This document shows positions 22,603 through 35,830 of a stretch of DNA of 64,000 nt, in pieces. The stretch comes from Fonticula-like sp. SCN 57-25 (Eukaryota): assembly GCA_001724245.1 (NCBI GenBank), contig MEDX01000016.1, forward strand, positions 1-64,000, read 5' to 3'. Made by a program: the position numbers and the translations under genes. Position 1 is the first letter of the stretch; the number at the start of each line of letters is the position of its first letter. The notes below the pieces were generated by a model. It was not told where the DNA came from and searched no databases. It was given only the letters and a program-made list of their open reading frames with translations.

Positions 22603-25600
22603 ATGGACGCCAGCGCGCCGATGGTACGCCGCGGCCATCCCGCCAGCCCCTTACAGTTGAGCGCTAACGCGGCCACTCAGCCGGCTGCATCGACGTCGCA
22701 CTTTCCATTTCTCAGCCAGAATGAGTCAAAGTTTCTTCGTCTCGTTCACAACTACCTTGCTCTAGGGCAATGGGAGCTGGCTGCCAGCGGGATGCGGCAG
22801 CTTGCGCGCGATCCCGTGATCAGGCCCAAGGTACTAGAGCTGCTTATGCAGATCATCACGCACGGCCCGCGCTCGGACTGGATCGCGTCGCCGACAGTGC
22901 CGACACCGGCTCACATCCAGTGGCTGGCGGTCATCGAGTACCGCTCTCTTGCCGCTTCGGTTCGTTTGCCCGCGCCATGTTACAGGGGTGGTCTAATCGA
23001 ACTGTCGCAGGATCAAAAGCGGTTATCGCAGCTGACAAAGGAGACTACCGAAGACCTAGAGTTCCGTCTTTTGGTTGATACAGTTTTTTCTTCTAATTTG
23101 CTGGCGGCGTCGCCGAGCATGTCTGGGACGATTCCCAAGAACATGCGCGACCTCCTCAACGACATTTACCAGTACCGCGCGCGCATTCTGAACCTTTCCG
23201 AGCCGTCCGAGGGGCGCTCGGCTTCTGAAAAGCGCCCGCACAACGAGCTGTCGGAAGACACGCTACGGCACATTGCCTTTGTTCTGCAGCAGCAGCCCTT
23301 GCTCGGTGCGCATGGAACTCCTGACCCCTTCTTGCCACTCACCATGAATCACAGTGAGCATTTTGATAGACCACCTTTCTTCCACTGTTGCTACTTTTGC
23401 CAAGACGACAGAGGCACTTCAGCGCATATACGTGGACGCCATTGGCGAGCACCTCGTTGGCCTCCGCGTCGACGACGCGCTCAAGCTGGTCCACTTTCTC
23501 AATGTGACGCCGGAAATGACCGAAATTCCGCTGCGCGAGCTCTTTGAGGCGCTTGTCCTGCTCTCGGGCCCCGCCGCTTTCCGCCGGCCAAAGTCGAACC
23601 GCTTCCTGCCGGGCGATCCTGGCGCGACTATCCAGCCGGCGCTCGAGCGCTCGCGGCTGTACGAGGCGCTCCTTCGCACCGACTCGCCGTTCCTGCTTGC
23701 CCTCTTTGCGAGCCTCGAAAACAGCCTTCAGGTGCGTTTTATTTTCGTTGTTTTATATGCTTATGGTCGCGTGCAGGCAAGCCGGGCGGACGCTGTTCTT
23801 CCCGCCGCATACGACCTCATTGCGAACGACGGCGGTGCGCTGCGCATTGCATATATTTTGCTTCTGACATATGCTATAGATATTCTCGCGTCGTTCTGGA
23901 GCGAATTTGGCCTGCATTCGATTGGAAAGGGGTTCCATTTCATCGATTTTGTGATCACAAAAGGCACTGAGCTTGCGCAAAAGGGCGACATGGAGCACCT
24001 CGCGCGCCTGGTGCGTCCCTTCCCGCAGCTGCGCCCGCTTGTGCTGCTGGCTAGCTGGCGGAGCTGCGAAGAGGACCCCGTTCAAGCGGACCGCCTCCTG
24101 GCCGTGCTGTGGGACGAGGCGCAGGTGTCGAGCCTGAGCGACCCCGATGTCCGCATTGCGTGCCAGCGCCTCGTTCACGGGCAGCGCGTTGCAAAGTGGT
24201 GCATTGCGCGCATCGCCGCTGACCACGAGGCCGTCGGAACGCCCGCCGTGCCCGACGCGAGCATCGTCGAGAGCCTGCGCGAGCGCTCGGCGCTCCACGT
24301 GCTTGAGGGGAGGCTGTCGCGCATCGACGAGAACGAGCTCATGGAGCTGCTTCAGTCGACGCCCATCGCGGCCGGCGACACAGAGGTGCGCAACTCAATA
24401 TTATTTTGCTTGTGGCTCACATGGCAAACAGGGAGCTGATGCCGCTGCGCGTGACGTCATGCTTTTCCGCTCGTTTATTGCGATCCGCGCCGCGCTTTCG
24501 CTTATCGCACCCGGCGACGGCGCCGCGTCAGCGTTTGGGAACGCGTCCCGGCGGCGCACGATGAGCTTCCACGCTGCATCGACGCGTGTCGCGCTTCCCA
24601 CGTCATCGGTCCTCGCCGACCTTGACCGCGGCGTGCGGCACATTGAGGCGCACATTGCGGGCATCGCGTCGGCCTCCTTCCGCGTCAGCCTGCTCGAGGT
24701 GCTCTTTGCGCTACTGTTCCTTAAGCGCAGCGATGCCAAGGCGGCCGCCGCGCCTGACGACGAGCGCGCCGAGCTGCCCGCCTTTTTTGCGCGCACAATC
24801 GTGTTTGAGCGCCTCGTCACACTGTTGCAGGACGCATTGGGCGCAGTGGAAACACAGGGCGTGGAGGCACGCGTCAAGCGCCTTAGCGGGCTGCTCAGCG
24901 AGGTCCAGTGGCGCTACAAGATCATTTCCGGCGACAGCGTACGGAAAGGGAATAGGTTGCCATTGTTTAACGCTTTTATAGGCTTTGCCGCACCGCCCCG
25001 ACTACCTGGCGCACCTTATTTCGTCGCCGAAGGCGCTCCTGACGCAGTGCCTCCGCGACGGCGACTTTGCGCGGTGCTACGAGATCATTGACCACTTTAA
25101 CCTTGACGAGCAGGTCAGGCGGGACGTTTCCCTCTGCAAGGCCATTGAGCACCTCGAGGAGCAGCTCAAGGTCCTTCCTGCGTACGCCTCGTTGGATAAA
25201 GTGCCTTCTTGTTTGCTGACATACGCTTAAATTAGGTCTGGCGTGGTTGATTGGAAGTCGTTCCCGCCGATGGACCCGCTTGACGCCTCTGCCGTCTGCC
25301 TCGACTTTGCCATGACATCGACTCCCCAGTTTGGCGTTGCAAAGCAGTTTCTCGAGCGCGCCGCTTCGCAGCTCGAGTCGTTCACGTCCAACACGCCCGA
25401 CAGCCCCGTGGCGTCGAGCGCCGAGCGCTACGACAAGTTTGCCCAAAACACGAATGTGTACAAGCGCTTGCGCCTGCTGGCGGACTCTGTTGCTGCCGCC
25501 GAGTCGGCCACGGTGACGCCCAGCTTCATTGAGGGCGCCCTCGCTGAGGTGTCGTTCCGCGACATTGTCGCTGGTCCGTACCCGCTGCCGGCCGACCAGC

Positions 25601-28600
25601 ACGCGCTTCAGGCCTACCTGACCAATGATCGTGCGTCATATATTGTTTTTTCTGCATTGTCTAACAAATTCCTGTAGTTCGCGTCCAGCAGGTGCTCTCG
25701 CGTCTGCAGTCGCTCTGCGACTCGCTGTTTTACCCGCGCGATGATCGCTCTGCGCCTTCCGCGCCGCAGCTGAAAGAGTCGCTCGAGGCTGCGCTTGCGG
25801 ACCTCGAGCAGGACAACAAGACGCACCCGGTGGCGCTGCTCGTCGCGTTTGTGCGGCAGCTGCTCTCTGAGATGGAGGCGCTGTCGCGCGACGCGGACGG
25901 CCGCGTCCTCGCGGAGGTGCTCAAAGACGGTCCGACAAGGGCGCTCACGCGGCTTGTCTTTGAAGGCAAGGGATACGCGGCGGCAGAGCAATACGGTACG
26001 AAGCTGCGGACGGACATGACGAAATCTGACGCTGCTCCGCCTTTAGCATCGCGCCTGAACATTGACATTGTGTCGATTATTGTGCGCGCGTGCTCGACCA
26101 AGCCCGCGCTGGCAGGGCCGGCGGCGGAACCCGCGCAGCCCTCGACGCCCATCCACGCTATGCTCGGCGAGATGCTGGCGGCCCTCGCACTGAATGTTAT
26201 TGGTAGCTCAGAGATGGACGAGGAGGACGCGTGGATGTGCGCGCCTCACGAGGCCATCCTTGACGCAGGCAACGCGACCGAGATGAAGGCGGTTGTGGCG
26301 GCGTGCGAGGAAGCAGTTGCCGCGGCCGAGGTACCCCGCCTGCCGTTGCAGGAGCGGCTCGCGTTCCTGCTTAACTTGCACAACCTGATGATGCTGCGCG
26401 CGGCGGTGACAAGCGACTTGCCCGCTGGTACGTTCTTTGACGATTCTTGTTTTAATTATCTGACTCCTTTTCAGTCGAGTCGCTTGATGGCCTGAATGGT
26501 CACAGGGAGCGCGTCAGCATGGTGGTCGGCGACCTTGGCAAGGTGACCGCTCACGACATTGCAAAGATGGCGGCGGAGACTGCGCGCGGTGCGTCCAATA
26601 TTTAGCGTGCCGCGTGTGCTGATATGTCGCTTGTAGGTCTGGAAAAGGAGAAAACGAGCATTCCGCTTGCCGCCCTGCTGCAGTTTGGTCTTGCGTGGTG
26701 CACCGAGAGCGTCGGGACGGTCATGGTGTTTAACGCCGAGAATCTTGTGGCCGACCTCGAGTCCCTTGTCGACCGCCTCGTGCTCGACGAGGTCGTCGTT
26801 CTGGTGCGCTGAGCTTGTTTGCCGACGCATTATCTTACATTTTGTTTAGGATGACTCGGTTGAGGTCCCCGAGGCACTTTTGTTTGCCCTTGGTCACTCT
26901 GACGCGCCTCGCGGCGATTCCGAGGTGCTTCAGCTGATTGGCTCGCGCCTTTCCAAGGACCTTTCTGACCGCTCCGTGTCGGTCCTGCCGCTGTCGTGGT
27001 CGCCGCTTGTGCGCCTTCCGTCCGCGCTGCGCCACCTGTCGTCCATTTGCCGCACTGGCACCCCTCCCGCCAGCACGCCGTCAAAGGCGTCCCCGCGGCT
27101 GACGTCGTACAAGCTGACCGAGGATGTGCTCGAGTACGTGCAGGCGCACTCCCCGTCGATGGGCGCGCTGCTGTGCCTTGCACACGCGCCTGGCGGCTCG
27201 CTCGCCAGCGGTACGTCGTACGTCGAGCATGCTCTTTCACAGACGAGCGCCGCTGCGCCATCGCTGCGCCGCCTCATCGAGCTGCGTGCGCGCGCCATCC
27301 GCGACTACGCCGTCAACGTCATTGGCGGCGGGCAGGGCGCCGACGCCGCCGCCAGTGAGGAGCCGGCCGCGACGCTGCGCCAGACCGACCGCAACGCGTC
27401 GCACGTGTCGCTCGCGTCGCTCGAGGCGGCGGCAGCGGCGGGGTCTTCTACTTCGTCGTCGCCGGCCATGGCGGCTCTGCAGCTTCAGACGTCGCCCTCG
27501 ACCGCGTCGCTCTTTAGCAACGAGGCGGCGGGTCCCACGTGGGTGCCCGACAAGAGCTACTGGCAGTACGACAATGACGTGCCCACATGCATGTTGTGCG
27601 ACGCCAAGTTTTCGCTCTTTAACCGCCGCCACCACTGCCGCGCGTGCGGCAAGGTCGTCTGCAACGACTGCTCGCCGTTCCGCAGCGTCGTGCCGGGGCT
27701 CGAAGGTGAGGGCCCGCAGCGCGTGTGCCGCGTGTGCAACGGTTCGATTGCGAGTGGCGCGGGGCAGAAGCCGCCGGCGCCGCCCGCGCAGCAGCCACAG
27801 CAGCCGCAGCAGGTTGCCTCGGCGCCGTCCGTCCCGCCATCACCCAAAAAGGCCGAGACGAAGCGCTCAAAGCAGCCGCCAGCCCCCGCGGCTCCGGCGC
27901 CGCCGCCCTTTGTGTGGCAAGAGCACATTTCAGACATTGTTTCGATCTTGCCGAACGTTCTTGATGTCGAGATGACGCACGCCGACTCTGAGGTGATTTA
28001 CAACCGCATCTTCCAGTCGCTTCTGTCGTCCAACAAGCCCGCAGAAGCGCTGAAGCTTGCTGACCGTCACCTTTCGTCGCCGCCGCCCGACAGCCTTCTT
28101 GTTGACCTTGCTGACAAGCAGCCGCGCGCCGCCTCGCCGTACCTTGTGCGCATCCGCGACAAGCAGGTGCTTGGCGGCCTCGTGCTGCAGTGGCTGCCCG
28201 TGTGGCCGCTCGAAGTGTGCGTCGACCTTCTGTTCCTCTGCCGCTGCCACCCCTCGGACGATGCCGAGCAGAACGCCGAGATCGAGCGCACCTACCAGCG
28301 CTTCAAACTCTTTGGCGAGATTCTTCGGCTGGACGCGACGTGGAAGCAGTGGCGCGACCTCGAGATGGCGTGTAAGGAAGACCCCGAGCTCGTCATCCGC
28401 GACTTTCTCGCGCGGACGCAGCGATTCGACCTCGCGATGGACCTGCGCGTCGCGCTCAACCTGCCGAGCAGCCTCGTGCGGGAGATTGACAGCAGCCACC
28501 TCGAGCGCCTTCTCGAGGACGGCGACACAATCGCTGCTTTCCGAAAGGTGGAGGCGCTTGGCGATGCCGCGGTCGAGATTTGCGAAGAGCTCTTTTACAA

Positions 28601-31600
28601 GAACCAAAAGTACCATGTCAAGCTCTTTGTGGTCAGCTACCTGCTCAACAATCTGCCGCACCTCCTCACGCTCGAGACGTACAACAGGCTTTACTCGGAA
28701 GAGCTCGGTATCAAGCTCCTCGTGCGCATGCCAAAGGACGAGCACCGCGTACGCTGAAGGATGGAATCAAATGTAACATGCTAATTTTTGTGTGTTTGTA
28801 GCGCTGCCAGCACGTGGCCGGGTACCCGAACTTGATCATTGAGACGCTGCTCATGAGCGGCAACATTTCTCTTGCCGACACGCTCATGCAAGAATTCCAC
28901 GAGCTCAGGTCGGACAACCTGATCGTCACATACGCGCGCAAGGGTGCGCACCTTTTTGCGTCATTTTGCTATTTATTTACCTGTTTGTGCAGCGATCCAT
29001 ATTCGCAATCGTGCAGAGCGCATGAAGCTCAAGCGTCAGCGTACGTCACATTTTGACCACTGTATCTTGCTCATTTTTGATATCTTTTGCTGCAGATACG
29101 AGCATTGACCACAATATTCCGCCGCTCTCGTCTTCGGTTTCAAACATGTCTGCGTCGTCGCTCCCCCCGCCATCTCCCGTCACGTCTCAGCCCGACGCCC
29201 CGCCCAAGCTCACCGGCGACGCCGAGACTGACAGCCGCCTTCGCGAGGCCTTTATGTTTGCCGACGCCCCAAATGTGTCGCTCTGCAAGCGCATCCTCGC
29301 CCTGTGCTCGCACCCGCACCGCATCGGCCAGGCGTGCCTCACCTTTTGCGACCAAATGTCGCAAAAGCTGTCGAGCCCCGACTATGACGGCGAGATTGAC
29401 GCGATTGTCGGCATCATCCAGCAGCTTCTCTTCCACGCCAAAATGTCGTACCTGCGCATGAGCGACGGCAACAGCAGCCTCGTCGCGCTGTGCGACACGT
29501 ACATTACGCACATGGAAGTGCTGCGGATGCTCGTCAGCGAGCGCTGCAGCGCATCGGTGACGCTCGCGGACCTCAACGAGCCCGCCAAGACGCGCGTCCT
29601 GCGCGACAACCTCATCAAGGACGACCGGTTTAGGCTCGCGCTCGAGGTCGCGTCAAAGTGCCGCATCGAGACGGAGCCAGTGTGGGCGGTTTGGGGGATC
29701 CAAAAGCTGCACTTGGGGCAGTACGAGGAGGCAAGGGAAAAGTTTAAGAATTGCCTCGGTACGTTGGGTGATGAGATGATATATGGATAGATGTGGATGG
29801 ATAGTGTGATAGATAGATGTGTATGTGTGTTGATAAAGAGTTTGATGGTGTAGATAGATGTTTATTGTGCAAAAGTGGTCTATATCATGTGCCTTTCAAA
29901 TATGCTAATATGCTTGCAGTTCCCGTGGATGACGCGCGTGGGACTGGAGCGAATCTGCGTCTGATTGGCGATGTGCTGCTCGCGCTTGAGGAAGGCGCGC
30001 CATTGAGCGTCCCGCCGGTCAAGGACATGCAGATGCGCCTCGCCCGCTTCTACCAGACGTACTCGAAGAAGAGCTGTACGCGAAAGTGGCGATTTTTTTG
30101 GTTTCTGACCACTTTTTGATTGCAGCCGAGGGCATTTTCAGCGCTTTTCTGCCGTCTAACGCGAGCGAATACGCCGACGAGATGGAAGCGTGCGTCACTT
30201 TCCTTATCAACTTTTCTTCTGACATGGTTTTAGTATTCGCAAGCGCAATGCAGCGCAGTTCCCGACGCTGCCCGCCGTGAGCGACGTGTCGTCCCTCGAC
30301 AAGGAGCGCCTTTCTCAGTGCGAGTGGTACCTTCGGACGTACGCGCCGCCTCGTCACCTCGTTGCGTTCTACGTCAAGCACGGCTTATTTGGGCTTGCGT
30401 GCACGACGGCCGCCGAGAACGATATTGGCGCAGTCGCGTTTATGGAGGACCTGCTGACGCCGTGTATGGCGCGTGGGCAGCTCGCGCGTCTCCGCATCGA
30501 CATGCGCGAACTCAGCGGTGCGCATTAATTTAATTGCGGTATTCCTTGTAGATATTATGTCTTTTGTGTGGGTATATTTTCATATTTGTATCATTATGTG
30601 TCATTTTGTGGCTACTTTCATGTCATTTTTGGTCATGTTCTCACACCTTTTCAGATGACAAGGTGGCGCGCCTGAATGGGTACCTGCTGTCGGCCTGCCG
30701 CCACTTTAACCAGGCTGGGCAAATGCGCCAGCTGTACGTGCTGCAAGTCTTTATGCAGGACCACATGCGCGCCGGCTTGACGTGCATCAAGTTGTTCCTC
30801 AAGCGCGTCAGCGAAGTTACCGACGTCGAGGACGCCGTCGGGTACCTCATCAAGGCAAAGGCGCACCTCGACGATGCAATGCGGCTGACGCCGTCGGCCG
30901 TGAATGCTTATCCAAAGGCGTCGGGGCGCGACGATGGCAAGGATCTCGGCTCGCTCGATAGCATTGGAGCGGCGCTCAGCGAAAAGGACGCCATGAGATA
31001 CATGACGGTGCGACATTTTGTCATTTTAGTTGTGTTTTGCGTTTTATTGGTATCACTTTTGCATCTTTTTGCATCATTTTTGCATCATTTCTCTATCATT
31101 TCTCTATTTTTCTCCGTTTTCTCTTTAACTAAACCGCCTTTTCAGACGGTGAATCTTCAGCTGGAGACCTGCCAGGTGTTTGCTCGCGAGCCCAAGGCAC
31201 CCGCTGCTTCCTCTGCGTCTGCCCCCCCGGCCGGCGGCGAAAAGCCCGAAGCGCAAGGGCGAAATCTGCGTGCGCCTTCTTCTTCTCGACGACTTTGACC
31301 TCGCCTTCCGCATCATCCAAGAGTTCCGCCTGCCCGGCGTGGACATTTACGAGCAGGCCATCAAGGCGATGGCGCGCGCCAAGGCGGTCCCGCGCGTCGA
31401 CAACCTGCTCAGGAACATTAAGGGAGTCGTCTCGAACGAGGACTGGGACCGCGTCCTCGACGTGTGCGTCAACGTGTTTGCGCGCGAGAATCAGGATGCA
31501 AAGGTGCGACTCAAAAGTGGCCGAGATCTGATGACCATAATCTGACGACTAAAATCTGTTTTAGAATGCCGACAAGTATATTGCGATGATTATGGACGTG

Positions 31601-31768
31601 ACGAACCGCATTAGCGGGAATATTGTGGCGGGCAAGCTCAAGGCCGCGTACCTCATCGCGGTGCAGTACAAGATGCACACGCAGGTGGAGAGGATCAGGA
31701 CAGAGGCAATTAGACAAAAGCAGCAGTCAATCGTGACACTCTGCGACAAGTATCTCGATGAGCAGTGA
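22603..31768 (+). CDS. ZFYVE26: Spastizin / zinc finger FYVE domain protein 26 (SPG15), about 21 introns; one unresolved frame break near 31220-31245
   Basis: N-terminal YLALGQWELA; FYVE domain (WQYD, CMLC, RRHHCRACGKVVCNDCS, RVCRVC); C-terminal APNVSLC, RDNLIKDDRFRLALEV, YEEAREKF, FMQDHMRAGLTCI, FDLAFRII and GKLKAAYLIA. Confidence 0.9.
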
Positions 31769-31934
31769 GGGGGATTATCGCCTCACACATGTATTAATAT
31801 ATCAATTCATTATTCTTTATTTTCAGTCAGATCATTGTCTGATCACTTGCAGATCACTTGCGCGACCACCTTACACAGTCATCAAAAGTCAGATTGCACG
31901 TCAGTTTGCAGGTGGCTGCGTGGAGTCGGCAGCG

Positions 31935-33360
31935 ATGGGGGATCAACCGCGGGGCAAGGCGTCTGGGAACGCCTCCCCTGATCTCGACGACGCAGAAGAC
32001 GACGCGCTATTCCTTCACGACGATGAGAGCGAGGACGGCCTGCTGGACGCATCGACGCCAACGCGCGCGGCGGGCGCGGCCGGGTGGCGTGCCTACATCC
32101 CCACCCGCCGCGTGTTCGCAACCCTGCTGCTCGGTCAAGTCGTGTCGATCTTTATCACTGGTACGACGGCAATGGCAGCTGAGCGGCATATTGACTATTG
32201 CACAGGAACGGGAGTTTCGAGCCAGTTTCTCGCGTCAGACTTTGGCGTCAATATCCCGACGGCGCAGAGCTGGTGGAATTATATGCTGCTGCTGCTCGTC
32301 TACGGGTCGTGGGCCCTCTACCACGACCGTCGCAGGTGCGTGTGCCCGTCTATTCGTTCAAAAGGCCTTACCATTTGCGTCTAGTTTCGCTGCGGCCTTT
32401 CGTCAACGGTGGTGGAAGTTTGCGCTGCTGGCGCTGCTCGACGTCGAGGCCAACTTTCTCGTCGTGCTCGCCTACCAATACACAAACCTGACGTCCATCA
32501 TGATTATCGACTCTTTCGCCATCCCGACCGTCATGGTCCTCTCCCACTTTGTCCTAAAGTGCGCCGCTTGATATGATCTACTCAGTACTGATGCCGTGCA
32601 GGATGCGGTTCAAGCTGCAGCATATCATTGCCGTCTTTATGTGCCTCGCGGGCCTCATTCTCCTCGTCGTTTCAGACCTCTTGGCGGACGGCGGGAGCGA
32701 CGAGGCGTCCAACGCGCTCAAGGGCGACCTCTTTTGCTTCATGGGCGCGTTCCTGTATGGTGTCGCCAACGTGTGGCAGGAGATCCTCGTCAAGCAGCAG
32801 GGGCGGATGGAGTACCTCTCAATGATCGGCATCTTTGGGACAGTCATTAGCGGCACGCAAGTGTATGCAAACTAATGCGGGTTTGCGCATGGTACTTATA
32901 CTATGATGTAGGGCCATTTTTGAGCGCGCGGCGCTGGCGGCCATCGTGTGGAACTGGCAAATTGGTGCGCATTTATATCGCTGCACTTTACGCGTACTCA
33001 CGGCGGCGAAATGCAGTTTTGCTGCTGTTTTCCTTTGCGTTTTGCATGTTTTCGGTGTACTCGCTCGGCCCCATCATTCTTGCGCGCGCGTCTGCGACGC
33101 TGTTCAACCTGTCGCTGCTCACGTCCGACTTTTACGGCCTCATGGCGGGCCTCCTCATCTTTAGCCTCGACATCAACCCGCTGTATTATGGCGCGTTCGT
33201 CATCGTCATCCTCGGGCTCATCCTGTACGAGCACAGCCCGCCGCAGCAGGAGATCCAGCGCGGGGAAAGGCGGTTGCTCGACGACAGCATCAACGACGAC
33301 GAGGACGATGATTCGCTCATTTTTGGAAGCGAGCAGGATGACGAAATATTTCAAGTGTAA
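31935..33360 (+). CDS. Solute carrier family 35F (SLC35F1/F2, DUF914) transporter, 5 introns
   Basis: LLLGQVVSIFITG|TGVSSQFLA, IPTAQSWWNY, LLDVEANFLVVLAYQYTNLTS, KGDLFC and SATLFNLSLLTSDFY. Confidence 0.92.
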
Positions 33361-33453
33361 ATAAGTAAAAGTGAAATGTTGTCCGTGAATACACAATACG
33401 AATTCATTCGTTTTTAATACATGAAAGAGAGGCAAAGAGGCGGCAAAGGCGGG

Positions 33454-33842
33454 CTACTGGTAGTACATTTCCAAGTTCATGCCGTCGTGGATCTCGTCTA
33501 GCAAGGAAAAGTGAGCAAACCAGCACGGCAGAGGCACGGGGAGGAACGCACAGTCGGCAAGAGAGATGTGGTCCTTGTAGATGGTGTACCTGGAAATATG
33601 TGAGCAATTCCGAGTTGAACGAGGCGCGGCCGTACCATTTCTTGAGGACGATCTTTTCGGGGCGCGTGCCGGTCTGCGCAGCAATGACAAGCTTCAAGTC
33701 GCCGATAGTGTCATCGGAACTAAACAAAATCACACTCTTAGCACTCCTAGTTTCACGTAGAGCACAACGAGAGCGCGTACTCGGCCTTGACGCGGACCTT
33801 CTTGCCGAGACGGTCGTTACAGATCACCTCAATGACCGTCAT
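33454..33842 (-). CDS. UBL5: Ubiquitin-like protein 5 (Hub1), 3 introns
   Basis: Spliced translation [75 protein letters not shown]. Confidence 0.97.
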
Positions 33843-33934
33843 TCTGCGTTCGTTGGAGATGTGCAAACTTGAATGCAAACTGGCAATTGCACCGTCAGCA
33901 AAGAGTGCCTGAAAATCAACAACCTTTAGCGGCG

Positions 33935-35711
33935 ATGGTGGCACCGAGCAAGGAGGCGGTGGACAAGGCGCGCCTCTCGAACCGCGTTCGCATTGTTGCC
34001 AGCACTCTTCTTTGGTACGTTAATACCATTCCTTTGGTTTCATTGCTAAATGTTTTCGCAGGGTTTTGCTGTACCGCTATGTCGGTCGCCGGTCAACGAC
34101 TCGTACGTGTTTTAGTTTGGTATGCATGCGGCTAACGGTCCGCTAGGCAATGTGAAGCCGCTCCAAGTTGTTGTCGCGACCCTGCTCGGTCGCCACGTAT
34201 TTATTAATCTTGGCGTCTTCTTCGGCCTTACCCGTACGCTCGATCCCATGCCTTGATCGTTGCTGACAGATCGTTGCAGCGCCCTCCCCTCCATCTGGGG
34301 TTCGATCTCTCTGAGCCCGCTGCCTTCGCTGTACTGACCGATGCTTTAGCTTCACCCCGAATATGGGAATGGAATAGGGATGCTGACGGCGCTTGATGCG
34401 GGCTTTATCCTGTGCTCGCGCATCCCGTGGCGCCCGGTTCGCGATGTGCTGTCGGTGTTGCTCAGCCTCCCCTTCATCGTCATGCAGGACACGGCCGTTC
34501 AGCTTGTGCGCTCCTCTCCCTCTTTCTGTGCCGCCAACCCAATATTATTTTAGGTTCAGCGTGCTCGCCTCACTGGCGACATCTACTCGATGCGTTACCT
34601 TTGGAACAAGGGCTTTGACAACCCCATTCTCGCCGCGATCACGCAGGCGCGCATCACGACGTCGATGCGTCGCACTATGCGGATCGACGTCGGCCGCTTT
34701 CTCCCGGCCGAGTTCAAGCACCTTGCCGACGCCTCTTGCTACCTTCTCTTCAACGGCAGCGAGGAGGAGCTCAATAACGCGACCTCGGTACTCCTTTACT
34801 TTCACGGCGGCGGGTTTGCGTGCATGTCGCCGCGCCACCACGAAGAGTACCTCGGTCCCGTACGACATTGTGGTCCGCGCTGCTTTCCTGACACGTATTC
34901 TAGTGGGCGAACCAGACGCGCATGCCCGTCCTCGCGATCGACTATGTCAAGGCGCCCGAGCACCCTTACCCGGCCGCGTCCCTGCAATGCTACGCGCTTT
35001 ACCGAGTCATGCTGGAAACGCAGGGCGCCTGCATCGGCATCAGGAGCGGCGCAAAGATCAACATTGTCGTTGGAGGCGACTCTGCGTGCGTGCCTTTTCC
35101 TTGCCTTTTCCGTGCTAATTTGTGCGGCAGCGGCGGTAATTTGAGCGTGACGACGACGCTGCGCGCCCTCTCGGACAATGTGGCGCCGCCGCACGGCCTC
35201 ATGCTCGTCTACCCGGTCGTCGCGCTCAACTTTGGGTCGGTCAGCGACGTGGTGAGCGTCGACAAGCGCCCCATCATCGCGTCGCAGCTCAGGCACCTGC
35301 AGGACCCCATCCTGCCTCTGAGCATCCTGCTCAATGTCCCGGGCGGTGCGCACATGGACCTTTCCTTTTTGTTCAATTTGAATTTTAATCAAATTTGTTT
35401 CTCTAGCTTATGCTCCTCATATGAGCAAGGAGGAGCTTGAGGCGGACCCCTTTTTCCTGCCGTTCTACCAGCCCGACGATATGTTTGCGCGCTTCCCGCC
35501 GACCGTGATCCACGTCGGCAACATGGACCCGCTCTACGACGATTCGCTCATCCTTGCCAAGCGGCTGCGCGAGTCCAACCCGGACCGGCACGTCGAGCTC
35601 ATCGAGATGGACGGGTACTCGCACGGCTACATGAACATGACGGCCACGATGCCCAGTGGGCCGCGCATGCTGCGCGCCATGGGCGAACGGATCATTCACC
35701 TCGCCGCGTAG
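33935..35711 (+). CDS. Hormone-sensitive-lipase family alpha/beta hydrolase with hydrophobic N-terminus, about 8 introns
   Basis: YFHGGGF, IDYVKAPEHPYP, spliced GDSAGGN, DPLYDDS and SHGY give the catalytic triad context. Confidence 0.88.
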
Positions 35712-35830
35712 CGGATACACACAGCATGCTTTTGTCTCTGTACCTTTCACACAATTATTTCAAGCAATACACATCATTTATGTCACGGTAAATACAAAGA
35801 GCAAGGCAGAACAGGGGGAGGAAAGGTCGC

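Noticed and set aside
34296-34315. GGGGTTCGATCTCT, a tRNA-like T arm
   Set aside because: It coincides with a GTTCG intron donor in the lipase gene, and no other tRNA arms are present.
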